Assembly: GCA_002269645.1 (NCBI GenBank)
Contig: NIVC01001737.1
Span: 124,001 to 188,000, forward strand
Source: Macrostomum lignano
Lineage: Eukaryota
Length of the DNA: 64,000 nucleotides
Reading direction: 5' to 3'
Shown: in pieces, positions 61,457-64,000 of the stretch
Layout of the letters: each line of letters opens with the position of its first letter
Position numbering within the stretch: position 1 is the first letter of the stretch
The notes under the pieces: model-generated
Databases searched by the model: none
Told to the model about the DNA's origin: nothing
What the model saw: the letters and a program-made list of their open reading frames with translations, nothing else
Position numbers and translations under genes: made by a program

Positions 61457-62506
61457 CTTATAGGCGTCTTCAATCCGAGTTGGCAGGCCGGTCAGCGCCA
61501 CGTTGCCCACAATGCCCTGGCCAAGCGGTATTCGAATCGTGCTCTGATTGGCCAGCGCCGCCTCCAGCGAGCTGTCCACGGTGACGTCGAACAAGCTGCT
61601 CACCAGCTCGAGCTGCTCGCCATCCCTGCCGCCAGCCGGATCGCCAACATCGTCGCCGGTCGCTGCTGTTGCTGTCGAAGCTGCCGATTCCACCAAAAAC
61701 AGCGAACACCTGTCGGCATTGATCAAGAAGCAGACGTTTCTTAGAATCTTATGGCACAGCACGCTGACGTCAAGCTCGTAGAAGATGTCCCGAACTAGTT
61801 CGCCGATAATTTCGTCCTCGGTGATGCCGCCGCCTGCGGGTTCACGCTGGTTGCTGTCCAGGTTGTGATGCGAGGCGGACGGCACCGGAGCCATGCTGGC
61901 GATGGCGAACGTTGCTCCGGGATCGCCGGAGACGCTGCGAGAAATTTTTGACGCTGTCGGGGTCAACTGCTGCTGTTGCTGCTGCTGTTGCCGGTGCTGC
62001 TCAAGGATGAACGAAGCCGAGCCGTCGTGGAACTTGCTGAGAATGGGCGAGGACGGCTGGTTCCTGTCCAAGTAGGTGAGCTCGCTGGAAATCTTGCGAA
62101 TCGCGGTGCTGGTGCAGCTGGAACTTCGCCTAATTGCGTGGCCAGCAATCGGGATTGGGGCGGAGTCGGCGGTTGCTGTTGTGTCCGCTTCTTTGGCTGT
62201 AGACGGACCTTCAGTTGAGTTTGACGTCGAGTTGAGTCTTCTGTATAGCCAATTATCAACGAGTTTTCTTGATGCTTTTCTATAGAAATAGTCTTCGAAA
62301 AATTCCGGATGACCTTCGAGCCAGGACTCGACAGAGCATTCGTCTAGTTTGGTTAGCAGAGCGGCAGGAGGCTCCTGCTGTTGCATTGAAGTCTTGGGCG
62401 ACCGTCGGCTCTCCATGATTGGGGAGAAATTTTTGAGCAGAGCAGAGAAGCTTTGAGTTTTCTGTCTACTAGGAATCGACGTCACATTTGCGGCCTTGTG
62501 CTTGAT
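61457..62506 (-). CDS. PDE5: PDE5/6-like first exon in window: N-terminal regulatory region and first half of GAF-A. First in-frame ATG at 62416; an acceptor at 62507 implies an upstream exon or spliced leader
   Basis: VESWLEGHPEFFEDYFYRKASRKLVDNWL (PDE5/11 N-terminal motif), RKIS site, ADRCSLFLV, GQGIVGNVA GAF motifs; donor GTGAGT at 61456. Confidence 0.93.
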
Positions 62507-62584
62507 CTGGAATGTTGTTGGGGATTTAGAAAATGGAGTGTTGCATGAACTCTTGATGCCTATTTGTGACTGGGGTTTTAATCA

Positions 62585-63296
62585 CGGATGTCTCTAGATG
62601 AGATTGGTGGCTACACGCCAGATGTCTCTAGATGAGATTGTGGCTACACGCCAGATGTCTCTAGATGAGAGTAGTGGCAACACACCAGATATCTCTAGAT
62701 GAGAGTAGTGGCTGCACACCAGATGTCTCTAGATGAGAGTAGTGGCTGCACACCAGATGTCTCTAGATGAGAGTAGTGGCTACACACCAGATGTCTCTAG
62801 ATGAGAGTAGTGGCTACACACCAGATGTCTCTAGATGAGAGTAGTGGCTACACACCAGATGTCTCTAGATGAGAGTAGTGGCAACACACCAGATATCTCT
62901 AGATGAGAGTAGTGGCTACACACCAGATGTCTCTAGATGAGAGTAGTGGCTACACACCAGATGTCTCTAGATGAGAGTAGTGGCTACACACCAGATGTCT
63001 CTAGATGAGAGTAGTGGCTACACACCAGATGTCTCTAGATGAGAGTAGTGGCTACACACCAGATGTCTCTAGATGAGAGTAGTGGCTACACACCAGATGT
63101 CTCTAGATGAGAGTAGTGGCTACACACCAGATGTCTCTAGATGAGAGTAGTGGCTACACACCAGATGTCTCTAGATGAGAGTAGTGGCTACACACCAGAT
63201 GTCTCTAGATGAGAGTAGTGGCTACACACCAGATGTCTCTAGATGAGAGTAGTGGCTACACACCAGATGTCTCTAGATGAGAGTAGTGGCTACACA
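62585..63296. repeat. Minisatellite, 34-bp unit (agatgtctctagatgagagtagtggctacacacc), ~20 near-identical copies
   Basis: Unit read directly; contiguous, no spacers. Confidence 0.96.
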
Positions 63297-63564
63297 AAAT
63301 TATTTGGCATCGACAATATTGATTTTCGCTGAACGGCCCGTGACAGAAACTGATCACTGTTAATTTGCTTGTAGCATAATTTATCAATACGAGAGAATAA
63401 TGTATGACAAGTAGCTCTACGAAATCCTGAGATATTCTCGGCGATCTCCACTGATTTATGGCCAACGCAGTAAAGAAAAATCTGGGATTACCTCGTAAAA
63501 TAGAACTGACTTGCTTCTCGCTTTTATAGCAAAGTGTGGGATGCAATATATTTTGAAAATTCTA

Positions 63565-64000
<436 letters not shown>

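Noticed and set aside
62585-63296. Regular 34-bp repeats (also the 30-bp and 31-bp arrays) as a CRISPR array
   Set aside because: Units are contiguous with no unique spacers, there are no cas genes, and the context is a spliced eukaryotic locus
63490-63528. Minus-strand TATAAAAG plus TCAGTT initiator as the PDE promoter
   Set aside because: TATA-to-Inr distance is ~21 nt rather than ~30, and the nearby donor would leave an implausibly short first exon

Overview
Eukaryotic (invertebrate animal) genomic DNA. By my tally about 55% is tandem repeat. The microsatellite load, private minisatellites and very short introns resemble the flatworm Macrostomum; this is inference, not verified. Two intron-rich genes converge tail-to-tail. 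(1) On +, a COE/EBF/collier transcription factor: 10 exons at 972-31360, with the first coding exon outside the window. It has a DNA-binding domain with zinc knuckle, an IPT/TIG domain and a single-helix-2 (invertebrate-type) HLH. (2) On -, a PDE5/6-like cGMP phosphodiesterase: 14 exons at 62506-36529, about 934 aa from the first ATG, with GAF-A, GAF-B and an intact catalytic domain, and including a 49/42/18-nt small-exon cluster. All exons were joined by hand with GT-AG sites and consistent phases. Non-coding highlights: a cluster of COE-binding sites inside the COE gene itself (candidate autoregulatory enhancer), four RFX X-boxes (one overlapping the COE stop codon), an 895-bp TG...CA insertion with a 4-bp target duplication (solo-LTR-like), a TA-flanked MITE with 50-bp perfect TIRs, a ~100-nt hairpin, and about 40 different minisatellites, many abutting splice sites. 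No prokaryotic features, CRISPR arrays, rRNA or tRNA genes are supported.
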